A DNA stretch of 64,000 bases, taken from assembly GCF_018977255.1 (NCBI RefSeq), contig NW_024704742.1:134542001-134606000 (forward strand). The letters run 5' to 3'. Made by a program: the position numbers and the translations under genes. Source of the DNA: Callorhinchus milii. Lineage: Eukaryota. Position 1 is the first letter of the stretch. The number at the start of each line of letters is the position of its first letter. Positions 1-11,534 of the stretch are shown here, one piece after another. The notes beneath the pieces were generated by a model. That model searched no databases. It saw only the letters and a list, made by a program, of their open reading frames with translations, and was not told where the DNA came from.

Positions 1-150
1 CTGCATTGTCAAAGAGACAATGTCCAAACCATTGCGGTGAACAAATTGGTTGCCAAATAACCTTCAAAATGCAGAGACTACACTTTACAGAATAATCCTC
101 GCATTTTTGTAAAGCACTTTTGAGTTGACTGGAGGTCATACGCAAGGATT

Positions 151-2716
151 CATAGAATCGTAGAATTTTACAGCACAGGAGGAAGCCATTTGGTCCATCG
201 TGTCTGGGCCGACTCTTTGAAAAGAGCTATCCAATTCAATCCCATTCCCACACTCCCTCCTCATAGCTCTGCAAACCGGTCCTCCCCAAATAATTATCTA
301 CTTCTCTCTTAAATGTTGGTATCGAATCGGCTTCCACCACCCTTTCAGGCAAAGCATTCCAGATCCCAACAACTCGCTGTGTGAAAGAAATTCTCCTCAC
401 CTGCCCTCTGTTTCTTTTAACAACTAGTTTAAATCAGTGTCCTCGGGTTACCAACCCACTCGCCAGTGGAAATAGTTTCTTCGTCACCCTATCGAATCCC
501 TTCATAATTTGACATTCCTCAACATCCTTCCTAAAATGCGTTGCCCAGAACTGAACATAGTCTCTAGCTGAAGCCTAATCAGTATTTTGTAAAGGTTCAT
601 CATAACTTCCTGACTTTTGTATTCTATGCCCCTATTCATAAACCCTAATATCCCATATGCTTTTTTATCAACTTTACCTTTCTGTACTGCCACCTTCAAC
701 GATTTACTTATATGAACCTCCAGGTCTCTTTGTTCCTTCGCCCCTTTAAGATTCTACCATCAGCTTATATTGTCTCTCCTCCTTTTTCCTCCCAAAATTC
801 ATCATTTTGCATTTCTCCACATTAAACTTCATCTGCCAAATGTCTGCCCATTTTACCAGTCTGTCTATGTCCATTTGAAGTCTGCTACTATCCTCCTCAC
901 TGTTTACTACTTTTCCCAGCTTAGTATCATCTGCAAAATTGGAAATTGCACTCCCTACCCAAGTCCAGGTCATTTATATGGGTCAAAAACCGCAGTGGTC
1001 CCAATACTGACCCCTGGGGGACATCACTTCCCTCCAGTCAGACAAACATCCGTTCACCACCACTCTCTGTTTCCTGTTTCCCAGCCAGTCCTGTATCCAT
1101 GCTGCCACTGTCCCTTTAATACCATGCGCTTCTATTTTGCTTACAAGTCTTATGTGGCACTTTATCAAACGTCTTTTGAAAATCCATATAAACTACATCA
1201 ACTGCACTAGCTTCATCCACTCTCTCCGTTAGTTCATCAAAAAAGTTTGTTAGACATGATTTGCCTTTAACAAATCTGTGTTGGCTGTCCTTTATTAACC
1301 AATATTTTTTGTAAGTGAAAATTTATTTTGTCCTGGATGATAGTCTCTAGAAGTTTCCCCACTACTGAGGTTAGGCTGACTGCCCTGCAGTTCCTGGGTT
1401 TGTCCTTCTCCCTGTTTTGTACAGGGAAGTAACATCTGCAACCCTCCAGTCCTCGGGCACCACCCTGGTGTCCGAGGAAGATTGAAGGATTGCAGCCAGA
1501 GCCTCCGTTATTTCCTTCAGTAACCTAGGATGCATCCCCTCCAGACCGGGTGACTTATCTACCTTGAGCACCGACAACCTATTTAGTGCCCGCTCGCGGT
1601 TTATTCTTATCCTATCCAATTTCTCTACTCTCTCCTCTGATACTGTGGTATTGGCTGCATCCTCTTCTTTTGTGAAGACAGATGCAAAGTACTCATTCAG
1701 TACATCAGCCATGCCCTCTGCCTCCACAAGATTTCCTCTTTAGTCCCTAATTGAATCCACCCTACCTTTGACTAACCTTTTATTCTTTATATGCTTATAA
1801 AATACTTTAGGTTTCCCTTTTATGTTACCCACTAATCTTTTCTCATACATTCTCTTTGTCCCTCTTATTCCCTTTTTCAGTTGTCCTCTATTTGATTATC
1901 TTCTGTATTTTGGACTTGACATTTATCATAGGCCTCCTTTTTCTATTTATTTAAATCCCAATTTCCTTATTCATTCAGGGAGGTTTGGATTCCCTACCTT
2001 GGAGTCCTGTAGCTCAGTGGTTAGAGCACTCGCTTTGCAAGCGAAAGACCTGAGTTCAATTCCAGGCAGAGGGCGAAACCTTGGGCAAGTTTCCTTACTC
2101 CACACAGAGCCTAATAATAATCCCTCCAAAACCCAAAACAATAATAAATTGGTCATTTTCAATCCATGACTGTTTGTGGGACATTGCTGTGCGCAATTGG
2201 CTGCCGCGTTTCGCCCACAAATATACAGTCAATTCACTTTACAGTATATTCTGTGAAGCGCTTTGGGACGTCCTCCCGACATGAAAAGCGCTATATCAAA
2301 TGCAAGGATTATTATTATTATTATTATTCCCCTTTGTCGGAATGTATTTGTTCTGTCCCCGAACTATCTCCTCCTTGAAGGCTTCCAATTGCTCGTTAGC
2401 TGTTTTATCTGCCAATCTTTCTTTCCAGTCCACCTTGGCCAGGTCCCTTTTTAACTCACTGAAGTTAGCCCTCTTCCAGTTGAGTATCTTCACCTTTGAT
2501 TGCTCCTTGTCTCTTTCTATAAGTACTCTAAACCTAATGATGTTGTGATCACTGTTGTCCAGATGCTAACCTACTGAAACCTGCTCCAATTGCCCCACTT
2601 CATTCCCCAGAACTAGATCCAGCACTCCTCATTGGACTGGAAACATTAATCCAGAAAGTTATCCTGCACACATTTCAGGAATCCTTCCCCTCCTTGCCCT
2701 TTACACTCTTATTTTG
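151..2716 (-). mobile_element. Decayed CR1 LINE (ORF2 part plus 3' end), interrupted by a SINE
   Basis: Peptides LNEYFASVFTKE, KSPG, KQRVVVNG, FADDTKLG, WQMKFNVEKCK and NWKRANF. CR1 (ATTCTATG)n-type tail at ~151-170. Many frameshifts. Confidence 0.93.
2001..2328 (+). mobile_element. tRNA(Ala)-derived SINE, short young form, full length
   Basis: Head GGAGTCCTGTAGCTCAGTGGTTAGAGC with A box, TGC anticodon arm and B box GTTCAATTCC. Ends in a hairpin tail plus (TTA)n. Confidence 0.92.
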
Positions 2717-2764
2717 CCATTACTATTGGATGCCATTACTATTGGATGCCATTCCAAAAACCAA

Positions 2765-2989
2765 AATAATCCCTCCAAAAACCAAAAACAATAATAAATT
2801 GGTCATTTTCAATCTACGACTGTTTGTGGGACATTGCTGTGTGCAATTGGCTGCCGCGTTCGCCCACAAATATACAGTCAATTCACTTTACAGTGTGTTC
2901 TGTGAAGCGCTTTGGGACGTCCTCCCGACGTGAAAAGCGCTATATCAAATGCAAGGATTATTATTATTATTATTATTATTACTATTGGA
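2765..2989 (+). mobile_element. 5'-truncated tRNA(Ala)-SINE, short form
   Basis: Near-identical to the 3' two-thirds of 9133-9449, with (TTA)n tail. Confidence 0.9.
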
Positions 2990-3949
2990 ATTTTAAAGCG
3001 GAGTAAAAGATTAGTTCACTGCCACTAAGAGCTGCCTTAGAACACAGCAAAATGCAACACATCTCACGATAATTTTAACTGAATCAATTTGGAAAAGTTT
3101 CTCTTTTAAAATAGCAGAATATTTCACACTGGGCTAAGCATCTTGCCCCATTAACATTGTTGGCCGATGAGCATATGGGACACATTCATTCAAGCCTTGA
3201 AAGCAGCAGAAATGTAGAAAACATGGGCTGTCCGTCTAGCTCACACACACTATGCACACAACACACGCTACACACACACTACACACTGGACTTGGTAAAA
3301 TAAGGGGGCGCTATCACTTGAGACTTCGGCAAATGGATTATGAGCTCCAGAAGTCCATCTAGTCTTAGCCTGCAAAATAATAGTTATAAAGTGCAGAACT
3401 GTGGAAGATTCTCAAATGATACCTTAACTTGAAAGTTGTTTTTTCTCCACACATTTTTTGTTAAAAATGAAAAACTTTTGATCTAGGCATGGAAGAGCTT
3501 TTAAATTTTTGACTTCTTAAAATTTAAGACAAAATGGTCAATACCACTAACGCAAAGTTGAATTTTTATCCCCTGGTGTGATAATACAGGTGGTGGGGGG
3601 AAAGAGAATAGAAAGAGGAGCACACAAAATGATCGACACCCTCAGTAATGAATAAAAAAAATCTGCAGCAGCATTTGTTTTTTTTTAAAAATACAGTGTG
3701 TCCCAAACCTCTTCTATTTTTTTAACCCATTGCTGTGTGCTTCTGCCTCCAGTCTGGCTTCTACTTGATGGGTTTGGCTCCACAGATACCTGTTTCCATA
3801 CAGTATCCTGCCCAGAGTGACCATTGTTCAAATAATAATAATAATAATTGCATTTGGTATAGCTCCTTAACATGTCAGAAGGACGCCTCAAGGCTCTTCT
3901 CAGGATTTACTGTGAATTGAAGTGACTTGAGCTCGATAGGGTAGTAAAT

Positions 3950-4260
3950 AGTGAGGAGGACTGTAACCAACAGAATGGTGGAATGGGCTGACATGTGACA
4001 GATGGATTTCAATGTGGATAAGTGTGAGGTGATACGCTTAGGTAGGAAAAATGATAGGAGGCAATATAGACTTGGTAGCCCAATCTTAAGGGGGGTGAAC
4101 GTACAGAGAGGCCTCAGCTGGAGTACTGCGTCCAGTTCTGGGTAACTTACTTCAGGAAGGACATTAAGGCACTGGAAAGGGTGCAGAGGAGATTCACGAG
4201 AATGATACCAGGAATGGGGAACATTAGCTATGAGGTCAGGCTGGAGAAGGACTTTTCCCA
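3950..4260 (+). mobile_element. CR1 RT fragment
   Basis: Encodes CR1-like FNVDKCEV and RPQLEYCVQFW motifs. Confidence 0.8.
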
Positions 4261-4339
4261 TTAGAGCAGAGAAGGTTATGCAGGGAACTGATAGGTTTTC
4301 AAGGAGGTCTGCGGAGGTCTGCAAGGAGATGCTGGATTT

Positions 4340-4469
4340 CCTCACTCCCTCCCTTCCCTCCCCTCACCCTGACCATTTCCCCCTTGCTCGGGTCCTGACC
4401 CAACTGTCCAGCGCCTTGGGACGTCCTCCCGACATGAAAGGCGCTCTACAAATGAAATCCTGTTGTTGT
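4340..4469 (+). mobile_element. L2 3' UTR and hairpin tail
   Basis: C-rich UTR, then CAGCGCCTTGGGACGTCCTCCCGACATGAAAGGCGCT and (TTG)n. Same subtype as 62245-62464. Confidence 0.8.
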
Positions 4470-4840
4470 TCAAGATCATGAAAGGTTTCGACAGGCTAGA
4501 TAAGGAAAAGCTGTTTCCGCTGGTAGGTGTGTCTGCGACCCGTGGTCACAGTCTTAAGATATCTACCAAAAAAAGCAGAGGGGAGGTTAGAAGAATTTTT
4601 TTCACTCAGCGCGTTGTTCAAATTTGGAATGATCTGCCTGAAAGGGTAGCGAAGTCCGATTCGATAACAGCTTTTAAGAGAGAACTGGATAGGTATCTGA
4701 GGAAGATGGGTTTGCAGGGTTATGGGGAGAAAGCTGGTGATTGGGGTTAGTGAAAGTGACTTGCTCTATCAAAGAGCCGGCACAGACTCGATGGGCCGAA
4801 TGGCCGCCTTCTGTACCGTAACATTCTATGAATCTATGAA
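4470..4840 (+). mobile_element. CR1 3' end
   Basis: Peptide FKIMKGFD..TRGH..FFTQRVV..WN.LP, then GATGGGCCGAATGGCC and an ATTCTATG tail. Confidence 0.92.
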
Positions 4841-5425
4841 ATCAAACACTGCCGCAGAATTGCGTTCACAATGTCACGAACAGCTTTGGAGTGAATGAGC
4901 AATTTTTTTTAGGGGGTTTTCTGACCAGGACACCAGGAGAGGAAATTCCCTTCTCTCTTTTATATTTGATGTCAGCTCAGTTCAAGTCCTGACATGGGTA
5001 TTTGAAACTACAATCTTCTGACTGAGAGGCTAGAGTGCTACCATTGAAACAAGCTGACACACAAGATATGCAAAACACCCACAAATTACACAGATAAATA
5101 CCATTTTCTTCTCCCTCGTGCGTCCACCTAACTTCCCCTTAAAAGCAAGTGTTCTATCTGCGTGAGGTAGTTCCTCCTAAATTCCCTTTCGGATCACCTC
5201 ATCGCTACCTTACACGATCATGGTGATAAATCGTGCGTGTAAATATTCACTGCATGTGTCAAGACAACCCAGCTGACCAACCTCGACGATCACATCGCTC
5301 TGCACAACCCATCACCCTGTCAGTCAAAAGAGGAAGAACTTTTGTAGCACCACAATGTTAACATGTCGCAAAGCACTTCACAGCGAATTGTCAAAGTGCA
5401 GCGTCTGACTGGAAGTCATCCGACT

Positions 5426-5748
5426 CAGCTCCTCTTAACCCTGCAAGCCAAAGCCCTAACGCGTAGGGGACCAGCAGCGGGAAAGCTTGCCAGACAGCGA
5501 TATCAATGGCAAGCTATGGAATTTTAGCTGGTTAGACTCCAGCAGTTACCCCAGCATACACTCTGGGGTTCCCAAGCCTTGGCTCCTGCCAACCTGCGCT
5601 TAATACGTTCCGGAATTAGATAAGCAGGATGCGTTCCTCGGGAGAGCATGTGTAGGTGGGATGCATAGGATTCTCAGCTTGGTTTGGAAACTCTTAAGCA
5701 TGGTGATGGGCTTCCGCATGTGTCAGACACTCAGCTGACCCAAAAAAA
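5426..5748 (+). repeat. Unclassified hairpin-rich interspersed repeat, copy A
   Basis: Homologous to 37850-38089 (+), 44709-44833 (-), 49691-49960 (-), 57605-57669 (+) and a 3' remnant at 5251-5280. Ends in an A-run. Confidence 0.85.
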
Positions 5749-7530
5749 TGTTTAGGTGGGCAAACATGTTCCACTAACAGCCATGGAGTGATGATGACCA
5801 ACTAATAGGACTGTTGGCAAGGACAGAATGGGAGGAGAGGAAACTGGATGGGGTGGGGTGGGGGGAGAGAAAACCTTTTGATTTTAACATCCACCTGCCA
5901 GGCAAACAGGACCTCAGGTCCGCCACTGTGCAGCATCTGAGGCGCTCTCCTGTGTGATGATGCTGTATAAATGCAAGATGTTGCTGTCAGCGGCATCTTG
6001 CCCAAAGAATGGCAGCCCCGGTAATGCAGCACTCCCACAGTACTGCACTGAGCACCTGCCTGATCTGTGGCTCCATGTCCTGGGGTAGGATTTGAATCCA
6101 CAAGCCCCTGGTCCAAATGTCAGAGAGCTATCGACTGAGCCAAGCTGACACCAGTGTGAAATCACTTCGGACCATTTTAGGAGCACGAAAAGACCCAGAT
6201 CTTGCTGAGCCCTACCACACAACAGGTGCAGAAGCACATGACAAAGCTGCACTGAGAGATAGTTGATGCTCTGCCCATCCTCACAGTTGAGGAACGACGC
6301 ACAGAGGCGAAAGTTGGACGTGTTCGGGTAGGCAGATGGGTGGGAAGGAGATGGCGGGGTGGACCCAAATTTGAAGGACAGAAAAAATATAAGCAGGGAG
6401 AGAGGAAAAAGAAGTCTACGAATATTTTTCTCATCACTGCCTCTAAACTGAATTTAATTCACAGCTCTAGCCAGCGGCTCACCAGCTGCTAAGTAGCCGT
6501 GTACCCTCGTGTACAAGTGATCGGGTCACATTTAAACGGTAGTAACGCCCTAAATTTGAATACAGTCTTTCCCACTACGTCTCTTCCAGGCTTAAAATGC
6601 AGCAGTGGTTTTAACGATGGAGTCTTGTGTTAAGCTGCCTGGGAAACAACGGTCGGAAAGTGCCCAAGCATCAACCCTCAAAGAAAAAAGTCTGTGCCCC
6701 CGGGAAACCCATGTGAAAATATACAGTAAGAATGTGCCTTAGCTAAGCAAGATCACTCTTGCACCACAGAGCATAAGAACCATTGAAATTCACAGCACAA
6801 GAGTAGGCCATTCGGCCCTTCAGAAAAAGATGACAACAACTCGGTCACTCAATCCACGGCTATTTGTGGGACACTGCTGTGCGCAATTGGCTGCCGTGTT
6901 TCGCCCACAAAATATGCAGTCATTCACTTTACAATATATTCTGTGACGGACTTTAAGCCATCTCGACAACGTGACGATGTCTCAGGATTAAATAATCAGG
7001 GGTAATAATCCCTTCAAAAAATAAATAAATAATAATAATTGTCAGTCCACCAGTTTGTGGGCCTTTACTGTGCGCAATTGACTGCCATGTTTCACCCACA
7101 AAATATACAGTCAATTTACTTTAGAGTATATTTTGTGAAGCGTTTTGAGACGTCTCAAAGACATGATAAGGCACTATATCAAATGCAAATATTATTATTG
7201 TTATTATTATTACTAGAACGTGTGCATTGCTCAGTACGTACAGGTAGCATGGAGTTTGTACATTCAACCAAACAGAAGGTTGTGGGTTAACGTCCCACAT
7301 CGAGACTTTGTGCTCTTATCTAAAATGATACTCTCGTCTCAGAAGGAAGGATACTCTGCGGGTGGGAAGGCTCTAATTTTGTGTGTGCCGTCCTTTGGAT
7401 AAGATGTACAACTGAGATACCATCTGTCTGTTTGGGTGGATGTGGCACGACTTGAAAAGAGAAGGGAGTTTCTCCCAGTGGCTTGGCCAACAATCCCCCA
7501 GATAAAAGTTTTGCCCACAAAATAAACAGT

Positions 7531-7840
7531 CATAGAATCATACAGCACAGAAGGAGGCCATTCGGCACATGGTGTTTGTGCCGGATCTTTGAAGAGAACC
7601 ATCCAAATCAATCCCACTCCCCCGCGCTCTCCCCATAGCCCTGCAAACTTGTCAACCCCAAATAATTCTCTACTTCTCTCTTAAAAGTTGGTATCAAATC
7701 GGCTTCCACCACCCTTTCAGGTAATGCATTCCAGATCTGAACAACTCGCTGGGTGAAAAAATTTCTCCTCACCTCTCCTCAATTTCTTTTCACAACTATT
7801 TTAAAATCGGTGCCCTCAGGTTACCGATCTACCGTCTCGT
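7531..7840 (-). mobile_element. CR1 3' end
   Basis: Similar to 151-480 (CATAGAATCATACAGCACAGAAGGAGGCCATTCGG). Confidence 0.88.
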
Positions 7841-8994
7841 GGAATTCACTTTATAGTATATCCTGTGAAGCGCTTTGAGACGTCTCGAAGACGTGATAAG
7901 GCACTATAACAAATGCAAGGATTATTATTATTATAAAATTGGTCATTCACGTCATGGAGGTTTGTGGGACATAAATTGGGTGTGACGTTCATCTACAAAT
8001 TGCGCAGTGCAATCCTGCGAAGCGCTTTCAAACATGTGATAAGACACTACATCAAATGCAAGGCTAACAAGGAATATGTTACTCCACATCATTGGTGTGA
8101 GTAAACAACTTGGTGTCTGTGGGAAGCTTGCAATTACAGGCATTGAAAGACAACAAGGGAGGAAGATTATAATGTACTGCACATGGCATTCCAAGATCTT
8201 AGTCTGCGGTGGGTAAACTCGTCAAATGTGCTACTGTTAATACAGGCCCCGGCCTCACTGAGATATGCAGCAGTATTGCTCACTCAACATTGAGGGAAAG
8301 TGGCTCAAGTTTTAGGTGGTTCAGGGCTTTTCAAGTCATTGATCAAAAATGAAGCACCCACAGGATTGGCAGGCATCAACAACCACTCTTGGTGTAGCGT
8401 TTTATCAAGTTAAAATGTCTCAAACGTATTCTTCAGCATGTTACGTTAAGTGCAGTGACTGACTGTGTGTTTCACTTGCGTTCGCCCACAAAACACAGTC
8501 ACAACACTCTACAGCATACCCTGCGAAGCACTTTGAGTCGTCCTCCTGACTTGAAAGGCACTCTACCAAAAGTAAGGATTGCTATTAGTCGTAAATAGAA
8601 AAGGGCAACTGATTTGTACTTAGAAATGTCCTACAAACAGCCATGAAGTGATCCTTTTTATAATAACAATCTTTGTATTTGGAGCATAGGAACATTGTAA
8701 TAGGAGGAGGCCATTCACCCCTTCGAGCTTTTTCCGCCATTTGATTAGATCATGGCTCATCTTATCCTTTGATATAGCACCTTATCTTTTTCCATCAAAA
8801 AAAGTAATATATTGGTCACTCCAATCCACAACTGTTTGTGGGACACTGCTGCAGGCAAATGAATGCCGCATTTCGCCCGCAAAATATACACTCAATTCAC
8901 TTTATAGTATAGACATCTCAAAGACATGATAAGGCGCTGCATCAATTGCAAGGATTCTTATTTATTTATCATGTCTTCAAGAATACAAAGTGCT

Positions 8995-9600
8995 TCACAC
9001 AATACACTGTAAAGTGAATTGACTGTCTTTTGTGGGAGAAATATCTGGAGGATTGTTGGCCAGGACAGTGGGAGAGAGAAACAGTGTCGTGGGATCTTCT
9101 ACATCCACCTGAACAGGCATTTGGTTTAAAGTGGAGTCCTGTAGCTCAGTGGTTAGAGCACTCACTTTGCAAGCGAGAGACCTGAGTTCAATTCCAGGCA
9201 GAGGCGAAACCTTGGGCAAGTTTCCTTACTCCACACGCCCAATAATAGTCCAAAAAAATCAAAAAAAAACAAATAAATTGGTCATTTTCAATCTACGACT
9301 GTTTGTGGGACATTGCTGTGCGCAATTGGCTGCCGCGTTCGCCCACAAATATACAGTCAATTCACTTCAGTGTGTTCTGTGAAGCGCTTTGGGACGTCCT
9401 CCCGACGTGAAAAGCGCTATATCAAATGCAAGGATTATTATTATTATTAAAGTCTTATCTGCAGGACGGCATATCTGACAGTGTGCCTAGCGATCCGCCA
9501 GCGACAGACTGTGAATTCAAAGTCCCATAATAGTTTATGACTGAACACAGGAACTTCTGACCCAAATAATTTCAAATGAAGCAAGCTGACACATGAAAAC
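8995..9600 (-). mobile_element. Old Deu-domain SINE interrupted by a young SINE
   Basis: Deu-like GGATTGTTGGCCAGGA..GGGATCTT..CATCCACCTGAAC on the left of the insertion continues as ..GGACGGCAT..CTGACA on the right. Confidence 0.7.
9133..9449 (+). mobile_element. tRNA(Ala)-SINE, short form, full length, with TSD
   Basis: Complete head to (TTA)n tail. Flanked by TTAAAGT at 9126-9132 and 9447-9453. Confidence 0.93.
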
Positions 9601-10874
9601 ACAATAAACCTTTATATCACGCCTTTCACAGCACAAGAACACCTGAAGGCACTCTGACTGGCTGAGCACCCGAACTGAGGTGGGAGGGGATGAAAAAAAT
9701 AACCAAAAGCATGTTCAGAACGGTAAATTTTGAAGCAGGCTTTGCAAATAGCCACAACAAAGGCCAAACCAGCGCGAAGCTACTGTAAGGTGGTGTTCAT
9801 CACCTGCTGGTAATACACATACCCCTCCACATACACATGTTCACTCTTGTGCACTGCATACCAGAGCCAGGGAATACTTTGGTCCATAGGTTTCTACTGT
9901 GTAAACAATTTGAACATATCCTCTATCCCCTCTCCTGGTCCACGTTGCAATTAAACAAGACCTCCCAAGGTAGAGACTTTGCAGTGATTCAACACAACGT
10001 CAGCCGCATAGTTCAACATTCCCCAGAATAGTAATAATAATCCTCCCCTTCCACTGTCAGGAACCAAGCTGTCCTCTCTGTGAAACAACAACATGCATAT
10101 ATATAGGACCTTTATATGGGTAGCGTCCTGGAGCGCTTAGGAAAACTCCTGGGAAGGAAAACAGTGACGCAAGAACAGTTATAGGATCATTCCAAGAAAT
10201 ACCATGGAACTATTCAAAAAGAGAAGGGAGTTTCTCTCTCCTGGCGTTCTGGCCAACAATCCCCCAAATAAAAAAATTGGTCCCTCACTCCATGGCTATT
10301 AGGCAAATGTAAGGATTATTATTATTACTACTATTATTATTATGAGCAAAAGATGAGCTTAGGAGAGTTCGTTGGTACGTGGAATTATCCTCAGAGTAAA
10401 TGGAAACGATTGGGAGGGGAGAGGTTTAAGAATGGTTGGATTTATTAGAGTTCATTGAGTAAAATCTGAAGCTGGAGCATATGTGCACGCACATATGGCT
10501 TGCTGCTAGCGCTTCCAAATCTGACGAGCAGATCGAGAGATGTACAGCCAGCTTAACTGGCCTGACAACGGGGAAGGTCACATCCGAGTCATGGAAATTA
10601 CACATTGCATCAGCAACAAATTAAAGCAGCCAACGGTTTAAGATTCCCTCCGCTGTAGGTCTCCCGTTCGTCTTTAAAAGAGACAACGGCAGCTCAGCTG
10701 GTCCAGGAGTGCGATAGGATGAATCAGATGGATTTCAGTGGCGGGGGAAGGGGGAGTCGAGAACGCAGAGAAGAAATGAAACACTCTTTCGCCGTCTCTC
10801 AAAAAAAAATGAAAGACTCTAAACACTTCGGGAAGTTTTTCCCACAGCTCTGGCCAACAATCCCCATTAAAAAT

Positions 10875-11160
10875 CACAGAATCATAGATCCCTACAGCAC
10901 AGAAGGAGGCCATTTGTCCCATAGTGCTGTGTCAGCTCTTTGAAAGAGCTACCCAATTAGTCCCATTTCCCTGCTCTTTCCCCATAGCCTTGCAATTTTT
11001 TTTATTTCCAAGTATACATCCAACTCTGTTTTGAAAGTTATCATTGAATCTGCTTCCACCTCCCTTTGAGGCAGTGCATTCTAGATCGTAACAAGTCGCC
11101 GCATAAAAAAAATTCTGCTCATCTCCCCTCTGGTTCTTTTGCCAATGATCTTAAATCTCT
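10875..11160 (-). mobile_element. CR1 3' end
   Basis: Same 3' UTR/ORF2-end sequence as the other CR1 ends. Confidence 0.85.
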
Positions 11161-11534
11161 CATTCACTTAAAATTGGTCACTCGCTTCATGGCTGTTTGT
11201 GGGAAGCGGCTGTGCTTCCCACAAAAATGTCAATCAAAATATTAACTGATCAGCTACAACAGACACCGAATGGGTAGCACGACAAAGTCAATCAAGTTCA
11301 AGTTCCAGTAACGCTTCAGGTATCAGCCTCACTCAGTCTGCAGCACATTTGCCTCTGGGATCGAGACCCACATTGGGACACAAGCTCCTCGCCTGCGCTG
11401 AATCTTCAAGGCAATTTTGGATCAGCACGGCATAAGTGCCTTCCTGCAGATGAGATGTTAAAGCTTCTACCTTGCTGGCCTACATCTGGCCATTCCTCCA
11501 GATAAATAGCTCATTGGCTCATTCGTGTACATCA

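Noticed and set aside
2001..2075. tRNA-Ala(TGC) gene, and similar heads elsewhere
   Set aside because: The acceptor stem does not close, and each head runs into a SINE body and tail.
5560..5590. Twister-ribozyme-like GTTCCCAAGCC loop in the unclassified repeat
   Set aside because: The motif varies among copies and I could not place the other conserved twister elements. A covariance-model search would be needed.
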